This document shows, in pieces, positions 20,107 through 28,859 of a DNA stretch of 64,000 bases. Source of the DNA: Candidatus Bathyarchaeota archaeon (lineage in GTDB: Archaea; Thermoproteota; Bathyarchaeia; Bathyarchaeales; Bathycorpusculaceae); the NCBI GenBank assembly GCA_963828195.1, contig CAWHDT010000008.1:136844-200843 (forward strand). Reading direction: 5' to 3'. The position numbers were made by a program, and so were the translations under genes. Position 1 is the stretch's first letter. Every line of letters begins with the position of its first letter. Under the pieces are notes generated by a model. That model was not told the origin of the DNA. It saw nothing but the letters and a program-made list of their open reading frames with translations, and did not search any database.

Positions 20107-21357
20107 CTAGGAAAATTGAACTTTTATTTCAATTGAGCTGTAGATGTCTTTTTCAATTGACCGCTTGAGATTGCTGATTTTGTCAACAGACTCTTTATAC
20201 GCGTTTTCTTTGACTGCTTCATGCGTTTCTAAGCTTGTTTTTTTGGCTTTCAGCTGGTCAACCTGCGCCTGAAATACGTCTAGATTGCGTTTTACCTCAT
20301 CCATCATTGGTGAACTTGACAGCTGCACTCTTTCAGCCGCTAATTCTAAGCATCTGATTTGAAGCTTGACAAGCGAATCTGACTTAAGTACTTCATTTAT
20401 GGCTTGTTCCGCTTTTCTTGCTTTTTCAGGTTTTAATTTAAGTTTGTCCTCTGCTATTAAGGTCTCAAGCTTCTGCAAAATCTCCTTTAGCAACGGGTAA
20501 CCTTTTTCCTCTGCGGTCAGGGCATCGAAAGGATTCTCCAAGTATCCGTTGACTTTCTTAAGCTCATCTGGAGTTATTCCTCCTCCGCCCCCTGAGGTGG
20601 CTAACGCCTGCATTTTTATGAAGGGTTTTTGCAGGTGCCTGATTGAATTTTTTAATTCACAGCTCAGCACGTCTATCTCTGCATTTACCGAATTCAGTTT
20701 ATCGATGGGTCCGCTGTTCTTCAGTTCAGCTATTTTTTGTTCCAGTTCAGCGATTTCTTTTTCAATCGGGGTGCGCTCATCCTTTATTTTCTCTTTTTCT
20801 TCCCCGGTTACAGTTAATTGCTGCTGGACTGTTTGAAGTTCATTTAAAAGGTGAAAGGCTTCTTCCAAAGTTTTTGTTTTAACGTACTCTTTTGTGATGA
20901 AGTCGTTCAGGGTGTTGTAAGCCTGTTTTGATCTTTCGTATATGGCTAAAAATTTTCGTCTATCCATAATGAAGAAGGGCGAAATTCTTGGAAACCAATT
21001 CTTAATGTCGATGTCAATTACGATAAAGACCTTTTGAATTTCCTGCGCGTACTTGTTTAAAGTGTCATAAGAAATTTCTTCTGGGGCATCAACTTTTTTT
21101 AGGCGATCAAGAAATAAATGGGCAAGCTTGTTTAGGGCTCTGGCTCGATTGTAAACCTTCATGTTTCTTCTTTCGATTTCTCTGGTGCTGTTATCGAGGA
21201 GCATCTGGTTTACGTCCCTGACACTCTCGATTGCCATGTTCACGTCATCTCTTAACCTTTTGGCTTGAGCATGAACGGGCGAGAGGATCGAGTTTGTCTT
21301 GTCTTCAAGCCACCGGTTTACTTCGCTGGATGTTGTGAACTGGACTGTTTCCGTCAA
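20107..21357 (-). CDS. Coiled-coil hypothetical protein
   Basis: 416 aa, K/E/L heptad-rich, 5 bp upstream of the phosphatase gene. Confidence 0.75.
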   Translation of the reverse strand: MTETVQFTTSSEVNRWLEDKTNSILSPVHAQAKRLRDDVNMAIESVRDVNQMLLDNSTREIERRNMKVYNRARALNKLAHLFLDRLKKVDAPEEISYDTLNKYAQEIQKVFIVIDIDIKNWFPRISPFFIMDRRKFLAIYERSKQAYNTLNDFITKEYVKTKTLEEAFHLLNELQTVQQQLTVTGEEKEKIKDERTPIEKEIAELEQKIAELKNSGPIDKLNSVNAEIDVLSCELKNSIRHLQKPFIKMQALATSGGGGGITPDELKKVNGYLENPFDALTAEEKGYPLLKEILQKLETLIAEDKLKLKPEKARKAEQAINEVLKSDSLVKLQIRCLELAAERVQLSSSPMMDEVKRNLDVFQAQVDQLKAKKTSLETHEAVKENAYKESVDKISNLKRSIEKDIYSSIEIKVQFS

Positions 21358-21697
21358 ATTGTGTTTCCCTGTATCTTACTTTATGCGGGCTTATTTATCA
21401 CTATTTCCAAATTTCAGGTTCAATCTAATGGTTACCCATTATTTTTTGAGTAGCTACTCTTAAAAAGGTTAAAACGCCCCTGCCTTTTGTCATATAGGCG
21501 CCTTTGAGCTTGCCTACAACAAGCAACAGTAAGACATAAACATGCCGAAAAGAACCAATGCTGCCCAACTGTAAATGTCAATTATTGTATAAGAGGACTT
21601 GCGCTTTTTTTTTAAAAAAAATTTCCTATCGTCCTCCTGAAAAACAGATGAAAATCCGATAAGTCAATTCACCGATTTTCAAGCGTGAGTGCTAAAA

Positions 21698-23195
21698 TTA
21701 GATAGTTTGGTTCCAACAGTAAACGTGCTGATATTGTCCTGCCGTTGGGTAGGCTGGGTCATCGTAGACTATATCAAGCTTTGAGCCGTATTTAGCAAGG
21801 GGCTGCTTGTAGAGAAGTCCAGACTTGCGCTGAATTATTATCGGCTGGCCATATCCCCCAGATGTTGTCTCCTAGGTTTCTCATTCCCCAGCCATAGTCA
21901 TTAGGTAAAACTAATGCATCTTGCGCTTTCACATTATTAGTTTCTTTAGGATTTTCAACTACATCTGACCAGAACTTTTGGATTGCTGCGAATTGTTGGT
22001 CCTGCAAAAGGCCGCTCGCACTGCTGGCAACAGTACCATTCAGAGAAGTGCCAGACGTTTGCCCTGCGTAGTTAAAGACAACTACGTATTCTGCCCCACT
22101 TTCATACGATTGGCGCATTGCATCATACATTTGGTCGCCGCTCTGCAAGTAAGGCGTTGTCTCACTTGCCCAGGTTATCATTGTCCCCCAGCTTTTGCCT
22201 TGCATATCTGCAGCGCCCCTGACCAATGCGATATCCTGCGTGACTGATTGGTTCCAGCCAAGCTGCCCTAACACAACGTCATAGCCACCCAGATAATCAT
22301 ACCAGTCGAGAGCGTAGTCTGATGTAAAAAGCCTTACGTTTGTTTGATTGCCGATTGAGCTTAAGATATTCTGCTGCGTGCTAACGTAGTCGTTTGCGGC
22401 CTCGGTGTACGCTTGAAGCGGACGTGAATCCCAAAGTTGCTGGTAGGGTTCGAACTGGGAAATGTTGCCTTCGTCAGTCACTGCTGTGCCGTTTTCGTTT
22501 TGAACCATGCCGTTTGGCTGATACCACAGCGTTTCCATGTTTTCTCCAGTGCTTAACCCCCAGTCCATGGTTGACAGCAAAATCGTGCCGTTCGTTAAGT
22601 AAGTGGTAGTATTGGATTCTGATGAGGAATCTGGGAAAGACTGGCTATTGGAAACAATGATTTCTCCTGAAGTGAAAAATTCGATTTCTGTATTTTCAAC
22701 GTTGTTTAGTGATTCGTATATTGTTCCATCTTCACTCCTGTCGATTGATGCGCCTGTCGTGTTATCGTAAAGGTTTACGCTGGTGTCTATCATTTTTCCG
22801 CCCGGTTCATCGTTGTAGTATAATCCTAGGAAATGGTTGCCCCAGCGAGCTTGAGCAATACTCAAGAAAGAGTCACAGGTGTTTGCCGCATCGCCATTGT
22901 GGGCGTAATAAACTATGATGTTTAACCCTGAGTTGACGGTATAATCGCATATTTGCTCCATAGCCGTGAGGTTGCTCATGAGCGGTCCAGATTGCACAAC
23001 AAACAAGTTAGTGTAACTCTTTACTTTGTCGATAAGTTGCTCTGCCTCGGTGACTGAGCTGCCGCAGTATGTGACGCCGATGTAAAAGGGCTTCTTAGCT
23101 GCAACTTGAACAGAGTTCTCTAATGCCACAAAAGCCGATAAAAGAATAACTACGGCGACTGCCAGTGCCAAAGCTATTATCATACGTTTTTTCAT
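21698..23195 (-). CDS. Secreted/membrane-anchored hypothetical protein (frameshift near the 3' end)
   Basis: 467-aa ORF; removing one base from the G4 run at 21799-21802 extends it with ALAKYGSKLDIVYDDPAYP...WNQTI* to 21698. Confidence 0.7.
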
Positions 23196-23377
23196 ATTAT
23201 GCCTCCCTCGCTGATGTATACACCCTTAACTTGCTATGTTCGATTGCATTGCAATACTTAATGCTATATGTTAGAACATGCAAGCTATTGGATTGTCAAA
23301 GTCTACCCATAAAGCAACTAACCTAACGTGAACATCGATCATGCGGGAAAATCCATAGTCATTTAATACGGTAGCTA

Positions 23378-23385
23378 TCCAAAAT
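23378..23385 (+). repeat. Target-site duplication TCCAAAAT (left copy)
   Basis: Identical 8-mer at 27227-27234. Confidence 0.93.
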
Positions 23386-23405
23386 GGTTCTGTGAAGTCT
23401 TCGTC
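23386..23405 (+). repeat. Left terminal inverted repeat GGTTCTGTGAAGTCTTCGTC
   Basis: Exact reverse complement at 27207-27226; begins GGTTCTGT like IS6-family ends (e.g. IS257). Confidence 0.95.
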
Positions 23406-23467
23406 TAGAATGGGGTTCATGTGAAAAACCGTCTGTTTTTACCTTTTTTCTCTTAGGGTATGTAACC

Positions 23468-23650
23468 ATGAGTTATGAAAAACGGGTTAAGCGTCCTAAG
23501 CATGGAACTTTTAGATGGCGCAAAGGCGGTAAGCAGTGGATTGGCGGAAACCAATTTGTCAACGCAGAAAACGAATACGAAAAGAAAACTTCACTCGGCT
23601 CAACATACAGTTCTGAAAACGTCGAACAATATTTTAAAAACAAGAAATAA
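23468..23650 (+). CDS. Small basic hypothetical protein (transposon cargo)
   Basis: 60-aa ATG ORF just inside the left TIR. Confidence 0.45.
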   Translation: MSYEKRVKRPKHGTFRWRKGGKQWIGGNQFVNAENEYEKKTSLGSTYSSENVEQYFKNKK

Positions 23651-23678
23651 GACGCCGCTAAGCTAGTATCTTCTTTTT

Positions 23679-24599
23679 TTATTTTCTTGGAAAAATCTGT
23701 GTAAACTGATTTTGCCTAACCTCATAGACCGACAAAAACACTTTCCCACTTTCGCCAAAACTTTTGTTATCTTTAAGATATTGACCAAACCGCTCTAATT
23801 TTCCACTGATAGTTTTTAACTGACCGCTCTTTGCATCAATTTCTTTAGACTTTTCAATATACTCAAAGTTTTCGTCAGTTAACTTATCTGACGTAACAAA
23901 ATACGACTTTTCCAGTGAACAATCGTTAGCTAAGAATATTTGCCTTGAGTTTTGAATCCATTTTGCAACATCTTCTTTCTTAGCGTGCCTATCTTTACAT
24001 TCAGCTATAACTATTGGTTTATCTTCAGCGTCAAAACCTACAACGTCTATTTCGCCTATTTCTGGAAATTTGTGACGAGTTGCAATTCGGGTTATTTTCA
24101 GTTTGGAATTGCGCATGATGAAATTAGCCGTTCTAAATTCAAGGAATACCCCTTTTCCATCAGACTCTTTTTTTATGAAAATGCGGTTTATCTTTTCGAG
24201 CAAATTATCAGTCATTTTGTCGTAAAAATCAGAGCCTCTTCCGTTTGGAGTAGGCTCTTTTAATTTGTTGGCTAATTCGTTTAAAACTGAAGAGTCGATT
24301 TTTTCTCCATGAGTTAATTCTCGAATAGTCGCCATTTTATCGAAAGTCAGCTTTGTTGTTTCTTTAGAGTTAATTTTTATGCCTTTTTCTTTGATGGTTT
24401 CATGAATTATTGTTCTTTTGGTTTCTTTTTCGTAAACTTCAGCGGTGTACTCTTTAATTTTTTCTAAAGTTAACAGTCCGTCTAGATATTTTACGAGGTC
24501 ACGTTTGCCATAGGTTTTGGGTACGGTAAGGTTTTCGGCTTTTGCAATTTGCTTAAGGTCTTTTTCATCCAGTTTTGACAATAGCTCGGTTTTAGTCAT
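23679..24599 (-). CDS. PD-(D/E)XK restriction-endonuclease-like protein (Mrr-like; cargo)
   Basis: FLE...EIDVVG...IAECK catalytic pattern; small helical N-terminal domain. Confidence 0.7.
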   Translation of the reverse strand: MTKTELLSKLDEKDLKQIAKAENLTVPKTYGKRDLVKYLDGLLTLEKIKEYTAEVYEKETKRTIIHETIKEKGIKINSKETTKLTFDKMATIRELTHGEKIDSSVLNELANKLKEPTPNGRGSDFYDKMTDNLLEKINRIFIKKESDGKGVFLEFRTANFIMRNSKLKITRIATRHKFPEIGEIDVVGFDAEDKPIVIAECKDRHAKKEDVAKWIQNSRQIFLANDCSLEKSYFVTSDKLTDENFEYIEKSKEIDAKSGQLKTISGKLERFGQYLKDNKSFGESGKVFLSVYEVRQNQFTQIFPRK

Positions 24600-24634
24600 G
24601 CCTCTCCATTATTTGCAGAGGTTGTATAAATCAT

Positions 24635-25762
24635 TTAACTCTTTTTTACCGACGCATTTTGAATTAGGGTTAGCCACTTGTTTTTTCCCTCAACCGTGTT
24701 TCCGCAAGCGTCAGCGGGAGTTTTACCGCCTAACGCTTCGTGTGGTCTAACATAGTTGTGGTAAATCTGGTAGCCGTCTATGATGTCGCTGTCAGTGATT
24801 TTTAGTCCTCTCATGGTTTTTTCTCTGTCTCGGATTTCGCCGTTCATTCTTTCCATTTTGTTGTTGTGTCTCAGTTCACCTTTCCCTGTCAACGTGATTT
24901 CGTGTATGTGGTTAGTGCGTGGGTAGATTTCCATGCTTGCGTCAGAGTAAGATGCTAAGCCGTCTGTTATGAGTGTTTCAGGCTTTTTACCCATAAGGTA
25001 GCTTGCTCTTGAAAAGAGCCTTGTTGCGTCATGTCTGTCTTTTGTGTCAGCGACTTCTTGCGCTATCCAGAAGCGTGTTTCATCATCCATCATGGAGAAT
25101 ATGTACTTCATATTTCCTGAAAATTTGACGTAAATTTCGTCTGCACGCCATGTGTCGCTTACGTTGGGTGTGATTTTTTCAGCGTAATCTTTCATTAGGG
25201 CTATGTATTTTCTTATCCAGTTTAGGATTGTTCGGTAAGACACTTTGACACCCATCAGTTCTAGGGCTTTCATTGTGTTTCTGAGGCTTTCTCCGCTGAA
25301 GTATAGCTGAAGGCTTGTTGTGATTGCTTGCGGGTTGTGCTTCATTTTTTCAAAGCCTATGTTGAATGTGAAGTATTTGTGGCAGTCTCGGCAGAGATAC
25401 TTTTGGATTGTTACGGCTTTGTTTCTGCGTTTTCCAGCCTTCATTAGGTTGTGTGATCCGCAAAAGATGCATTCGCTTAGGTTCTCTATTGGCGCTATGG
25501 TTCTTACTTTTACTTCTGCTCTGAGCGTTAGTGAGAAGTTTACTGCGTGGATGTGTTTGCATTCTACATGTCGGTAAGTGTTATCAGGGCATTGGCAAAC
25601 CCATTCATTATCAACCTTTGTCACTGCGTAGTCACCGTTTCCCGACTGAGATTTTACGGTGTATAGGTAGTCGTCTATTCGGCTTACTTGATTGGCTGTT
25701 TGGGCTATTGCTTTGCCTTTTGTTTCTCTGAGGTTTTCGGTCATCATTGTACTTACCTTCAA
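24635..25762 (-). CDS. IS6-like DDE transposase with N-terminal SWIM and Zn-ribbon domains
   Basis: SWIM CQCPD...CKH; CIFC...CRDC; catalytic WRADE, ITDG and NNKMER; C-terminal YNYVRPH-like YHNYVRPHEALGGKTPA. Confidence 0.92.
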   Translation of the reverse strand: MKVSTMMTENLRETKGKAIAQTANQVSRIDDYLYTVKSQSGNGDYAVTKVDNEWVCQCPDNTYRHVECKHIHAVNFSLTLRAEVKVRTIAPIENLSECIFCGSHNLMKAGKRRNKAVTIQKYLCRDCHKYFTFNIGFEKMKHNPQAITTSLQLYFSGESLRNTMKALELMGVKVSYRTILNWIRKYIALMKDYAEKITPNVSDTWRADEIYVKFSGNMKYIFSMMDDETRFWIAQEVADTKDRHDATRLFSRASYLMGKKPETLITDGLASYSDASMEIYPRTNHIHEITLTGKGELRHNNKMERMNGEIRDREKTMRGLKITDSDIIDGYQIYHNYVRPHEALGGKTPADACGNTVEGKNKWLTLIQNASVKKS

Positions 25763-25869
25763 TCTTACCTATTTTACCTATAGGCTTACCCCGCTTATAA
25801 ATATTTAGGTAACGCAATAGGTAAGATTAATATAACCGTTTAACCATGAGCATACCTGATAAGAGGTAA
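25753..25869. promoter_or_regulatory. Bidirectional promoter/operator between the transposase and the AbrB-like gene
   Basis: 13-bp inverted repeat AATCTTACCTATT (25761-25773) / AATAGGTAAGATT (25816-25828), several TTACC/GGTAA boxes and a central TTATAAATA. Confidence 0.7.
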
Positions 25870-25874
25870 ATTAA

Positions 25875-26051
25875 ATGGGAGAAATAACATATCTGAACAA
25901 AGCCACAAACAAAGGCGAATCACTCAGAACAACCGTGCCAATGAGTGTAGTTAAACAGTTTGGGCTAACCGACGAGGATAAACTAGATTGGCAAATTAAA
26001 GCAGAAGGTAGCGAACTAATAATCCAAATAAAAATAATCAAGAACAAATAG
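25875..26051 (+). CDS. AbrB/MazE-type DNA-binding protein (58 aa; not in the ORF track)
   Basis: MGEITYLNKATNKGESLRTTVPMSVVKQFGLTDEDKLDWQIKAEGSELIIQIKIIKNK*, a swapped-hairpin pattern; GAGGT upstream. Confidence 0.8.
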   Translation: MGEITYLNKATNKGESLRTTVPMSVVKQFGLTDEDKLDWQIKAEGSELIIQIKIIKNK

Positions 26052-26265
26052 AAAAAGCAACCCAAAGCTACCGAGATTTAGAGGGATAACGAATAGAGTT
26101 AACCCATACACCCAATCCAAACGATACAAGCATTAAGTCGGCAGTTCCGACATATTTTATACATTGGGGAAAAAACATCGCTGAAAAGAGTATGGTAATT
26201 AAGCCCACTACAACGGTTGCTATTACAAAGTTTTCAGTTTTCATAGTTAATCAATAGAAAAAGGA

Positions 26266-26652
26266 TTGATTAGTGTGACTCTACTTGTTGACGTTTTTTC
26301 GGTGTTCGATATAATTTTGATTGCCATTATGCTTTCAGGTTCAATAGTCAAAATGGGTACTAGACATGGAACGATAAGAGGCGATACTCATTTCAAAGGT
26401 TTTTACTTACTTTTCTTCGCATTCATATTAGAAAACGTCGCAATTACAGTGTTCGCAAACTACGTGTTTTTGCCATTTCTTGAGCAAATGTTACCAAACA
26501 GTTTCTTCAAAGTATTGGCACTAACGGGCACTTTGATATGTCTATGTAATATTTGGTTTGCTTCAACTTTTAGATTCAACCAACGAATAGAAGTAATTGT
26601 TTTGACTGTAGCAATGGCGGTAATAACATTTTTGCTCTTTATTTACACCTGA
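26266..26652 (+). CDS. Membrane protein with about 4 TM helices (cargo)
   Basis: 128-aa hydrophobic ORF. Confidence 0.6.
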   Translation: MISVTLLVDVFSVFDIILIAIMLSGSIVKMGTRHGTIRGDTHFKGFYLLFFAFILENVAITVFANYVFLPFLEQMLPNSFFKVLALTGTLICLCNIWFASTFRFNQRIEVIVLTVAMAVITFLLFIYT

Positions 26653-26679
26653 CCTAAACTGACCTAAATAAAAAAAGGA

Positions 26680-26700
26680 AAGTCGGTTTGTTACCGACTT
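26680..26700 (+). terminator. Hairpin AAGTCGGT-N5-ACCGACTT (terminator or operator)
   Basis: Perfect 8-bp stem after the membrane gene; preceded by the tandem repeat CTGACCTAAA x2 (26649-26668). Confidence 0.35.
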
Positions 26701-26788
26701 GAACGTACTTTTCTAATTGCAAGTTTAGCTCTTACATGGGTTAGGTGTTGATGCCTCAAGCAATTAACCTCAAAAGAAAAAAACTATA

Positions 26789-27208
26789 TTGACAGCGAAA
26801 CAACAAGCTATTATGAAAAAATATAAGCCAAGCATAGACATCCCAAAACTTGCGAGAAAATACGGGACTCTCAAACCTTCGGAACTTTCAAGGGCAATAT
26901 TGCAAGACAAGGGAATTAGGAAAAGCCAACCCTCTATCTATGCATGGCTTCATAATCACCCTAACGAGCGTAACAAGTTAAGCATTGAAATCAAAAATGC
27001 CTCTCCCAGAAAAAAACTCCATGAAATACCTATACCCTATGCCAAACTAACAAGTCAATATTTTGGTTCAATGGAAATAATCAATTTAGAAACGATTGAA
27101 AAAGCAAGAGAAGAACTCAAAGTAATTGAAGAACAGTTTTGGCATGAAATTTGGGAAAAGACAGGAGAAGAGTTCGCTAGACGATTTTTCACAGAGAAAA
27201 CCACCTGA
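26789..27208 (+). CDS. Hypothetical protein with possible HTH (cargo); stop codon overlaps the right TIR
   Basis: PSELSRAILQDKGIRKSQPSIYAWL resembles an HTH; TGA at 27206-27208. Confidence 0.55.
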   Translation: MTAKQQAIMKKYKPSIDIPKLARKYGTLKPSELSRAILQDKGIRKSQPSIYAWLHNHPNERNKLSIEIKNASPRKKLHEIPIPYAKLTSQYFGSMEIINLETIEKAREELKVIEEQFWHEIWEKTGEEFARRFFTEKTT

Positions 27209-27226
27209 CGAAGACTTCACAGAACC
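27207..27226 (-). repeat. Right terminal inverted repeat
   Basis: GACGAAGACTTCACAGAACC is the reverse complement of the left TIR. Confidence 0.95.
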
Positions 27227-27234
27227 TCCAAAAT
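27227..27234 (+). repeat. Target-site duplication TCCAAAAT (right copy)
   Basis: Identical to 23378-23385. Confidence 0.93.
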
Positions 27235-27307
27235 CATATTACCCAAAAATGGGTAGTTACTCTTAAATAGCTAACGGCGGCATTGAACCAACAAAGAGAC
27301 AAACCAA

Positions 27308-27892
27308 ATGGACACGAAAAGACTCACGCTAATCATCATCTTCATCGCATTAACAACCGCCCTAAGCATAGGAGGACCAAAAATCCCCGCACCCTATGCA
27401 CCATTCCTCTATTATCAACTATGGGAAATCCCGATTGTTGTAGCCTTTTTAGCCATAGGACCAAAAGCAGGCGTCACAGTAACTATCATAAACACATTGA
27501 TTTTGCTAGCTGTTTTTCCCGGTTCCCTTCCGATAGGACCAATTTACAACCTTGACGCTGTGCTGGCAATGCTGCTGGGTATCTACATACCGTACAAAAT
27601 TGCAACGCGCAAATGCCCAACAGAAAAACTAAGCAGTTTCCTGCGACAACACCTTAAATTAATAAGCGTATCAGCAACTGCATTAGGAATCATTCTCCGA
27701 GTACTCGTCACTACACCAATAAACTACTTCGCCCTACAACTAACTTATCCATTCGGTTTCGGACTTAACTCCACCGGATCTCTGGTTCTGCTTCCAGAGA
27801 TCGCATTCTTCAATGCGACAGTAGCGCTCTACACAATACCTGCTGCACTTGCAGTTGTAGTAGCAATTACTTCCCGATTTAAACTACAATAA
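27308..27892 (+). CDS. ECF transporter S component
   Basis: PAPYAPFLYYQLWEIP...IGPKAG; 5-6 TM helices. Confidence 0.8.
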   Translation: MDTKRLTLIIIFIALTTALSIGGPKIPAPYAPFLYYQLWEIPIVVAFLAIGPKAGVTVTIINTLILLAVFPGSLPIGPIYNLDAVLAMLLGIYIPYKIATRKCPTEKLSSFLRQHLKLISVSATALGIILRVLVTTPINYFALQLTYPFGFGLNSTGSLVLLPEIAFFNATVALYTIPAALAVVVAITSRFKLQ

Positions 27893-27899
27893 AAAAGAT

Positions 27900-28859
27900 T
27901 TAGAATCCTAAGGATTCTGCCAGTACCTTAGGGTTTATTTGTCCTGCTTTGAATGTTCTGCCAGTTTTCGCATTGTTTATTATAAGGACCGCTGGGGCGA
28001 ATAAGCCGTGGTCTATTTTGTAGAAGTCTTTGTCTGCTTCGCGGAAAATCTGCAGGAACGGTTTGCCATAGTCTTTTGAAGCCATAGATGGGGCTTGCTC
28101 CACCAGTTTCTGCAAGGCAGCCTCATCGTCATAATCGACGGTGCAGTAGACGGTGCCGCCGTAGAGGATAGCGTCGTTTGTACGTGCCATTGCCACTTCA
28201 AAATCGGTTCCAAGCGGAGGAATCGGCGCGTAACCCAATGCGTAGCGAATCATCTTCGGGTTCAAGCCGAGGGTTCGAAGTTTGTGAATTCCCACTTCTA
28301 CAACTCTGCCTGCAACTTGGGTTAAGCCAGCTATGCTTGCGGTTGGAGCCACAACCACAATCAAGTTTGGGGCAGAAACGCTGCTGGCGCAAGTGACCTT
28401 TTCGATTAGCGCATCGGAGGGCAAAACGTTGCTTTCCAACGTAAGAACCGCCCTATCGCTTTGGTCTTTGTAGCCGATTTCTTCGTAAACATCCTTAGGC
28501 TTCAACGCCAACGCACGAACTGGACCCGACCCGATGGCTATTGCGTCGCCGTCTTTTATGCGCCACCCAGCAAACTGCGAACCCAACATTGCAACGGCTG
28601 GGAAATCTGAGGAAACAGTTATCGACGGAAAAGTTATATCTCCGTAGGTTTTGAAGCCAAGTTGGACTTTTCCAGCGCCGCCCAAGCAGAGTTCAGTCAG
28701 TTTTTTTCCTGCCTGAAAGCCGCCTGGTGCTTTTACACCTGCGTCAACGATGGTGGCTCCAGCGGTTGATTTCGAGACGGTTACTCCGTAGGATTCTGGG
28801 TTATCGATAAGTTTTTGGGCTATATTCCAAGCCATTTTGTTCACGCTTAAAGCTGCCAT
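27900..28859 (-). CDS. mch: Methenyltetrahydromethanopterin cyclohydrolase
   Basis: LGSQFAGW, GSGPVRALA, RTNDAILYGG, DFYKIDHGLFAPA. Confidence 0.96.
   Translation of the reverse strand: MAALSVNKMAWNIAQKLIDNPESYGVTVSKSTAGATIVDAGVKAPGGFQAGKKLTELCLGGAGKVQLGFKTYGDITFPSITVSSDFPAVAMLGSQFAGWRIKDGDAIAIGSGPVRALALKPKDVYEEIGYKDQSDRAVLTLESNVLPSDALIEKVTCASSVSAPNLIVVVAPTASIAGLTQVAGRVVEVGIHKLRTLGLNPKMIRYALGYAPIPPLGTDFEVAMARTNDAILYGGTVYCTVDYDDEAALQKLVEQAPSMASKDYGKPFLQIFREADKDFYKIDHGLFAPAVLIINNAKTGRTFKAGQINPKVLAESLGF

Larger units (their letters stand above)
23386..27226. mobile_element. IS6-like DDE transposon with passenger genes (3841 bp)
   Basis: Perfect 20-bp TIRs, 8-bp TSD and an internal DDE transposase. 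Confidence 0.93.

Noticed and set aside
26130-26148. GCATTAAGTCGGCAGTTCC as an internal IS end or a tRNA-derived att site (shares GTCGGCAGTTC with tRNA-Ile)
   Set aside because: No matching inverted partner was found, an 11-bp match can arise by chance, no integrase is present, and the real ends are defined by the 20-bp TIRs and TSD.
27900-28859. mch as evidence of methanogenesis
   Set aside because: mch is part of the H4MPT C1 branch found in many non-methanogens, and no mcr or mtr genes are in the window.
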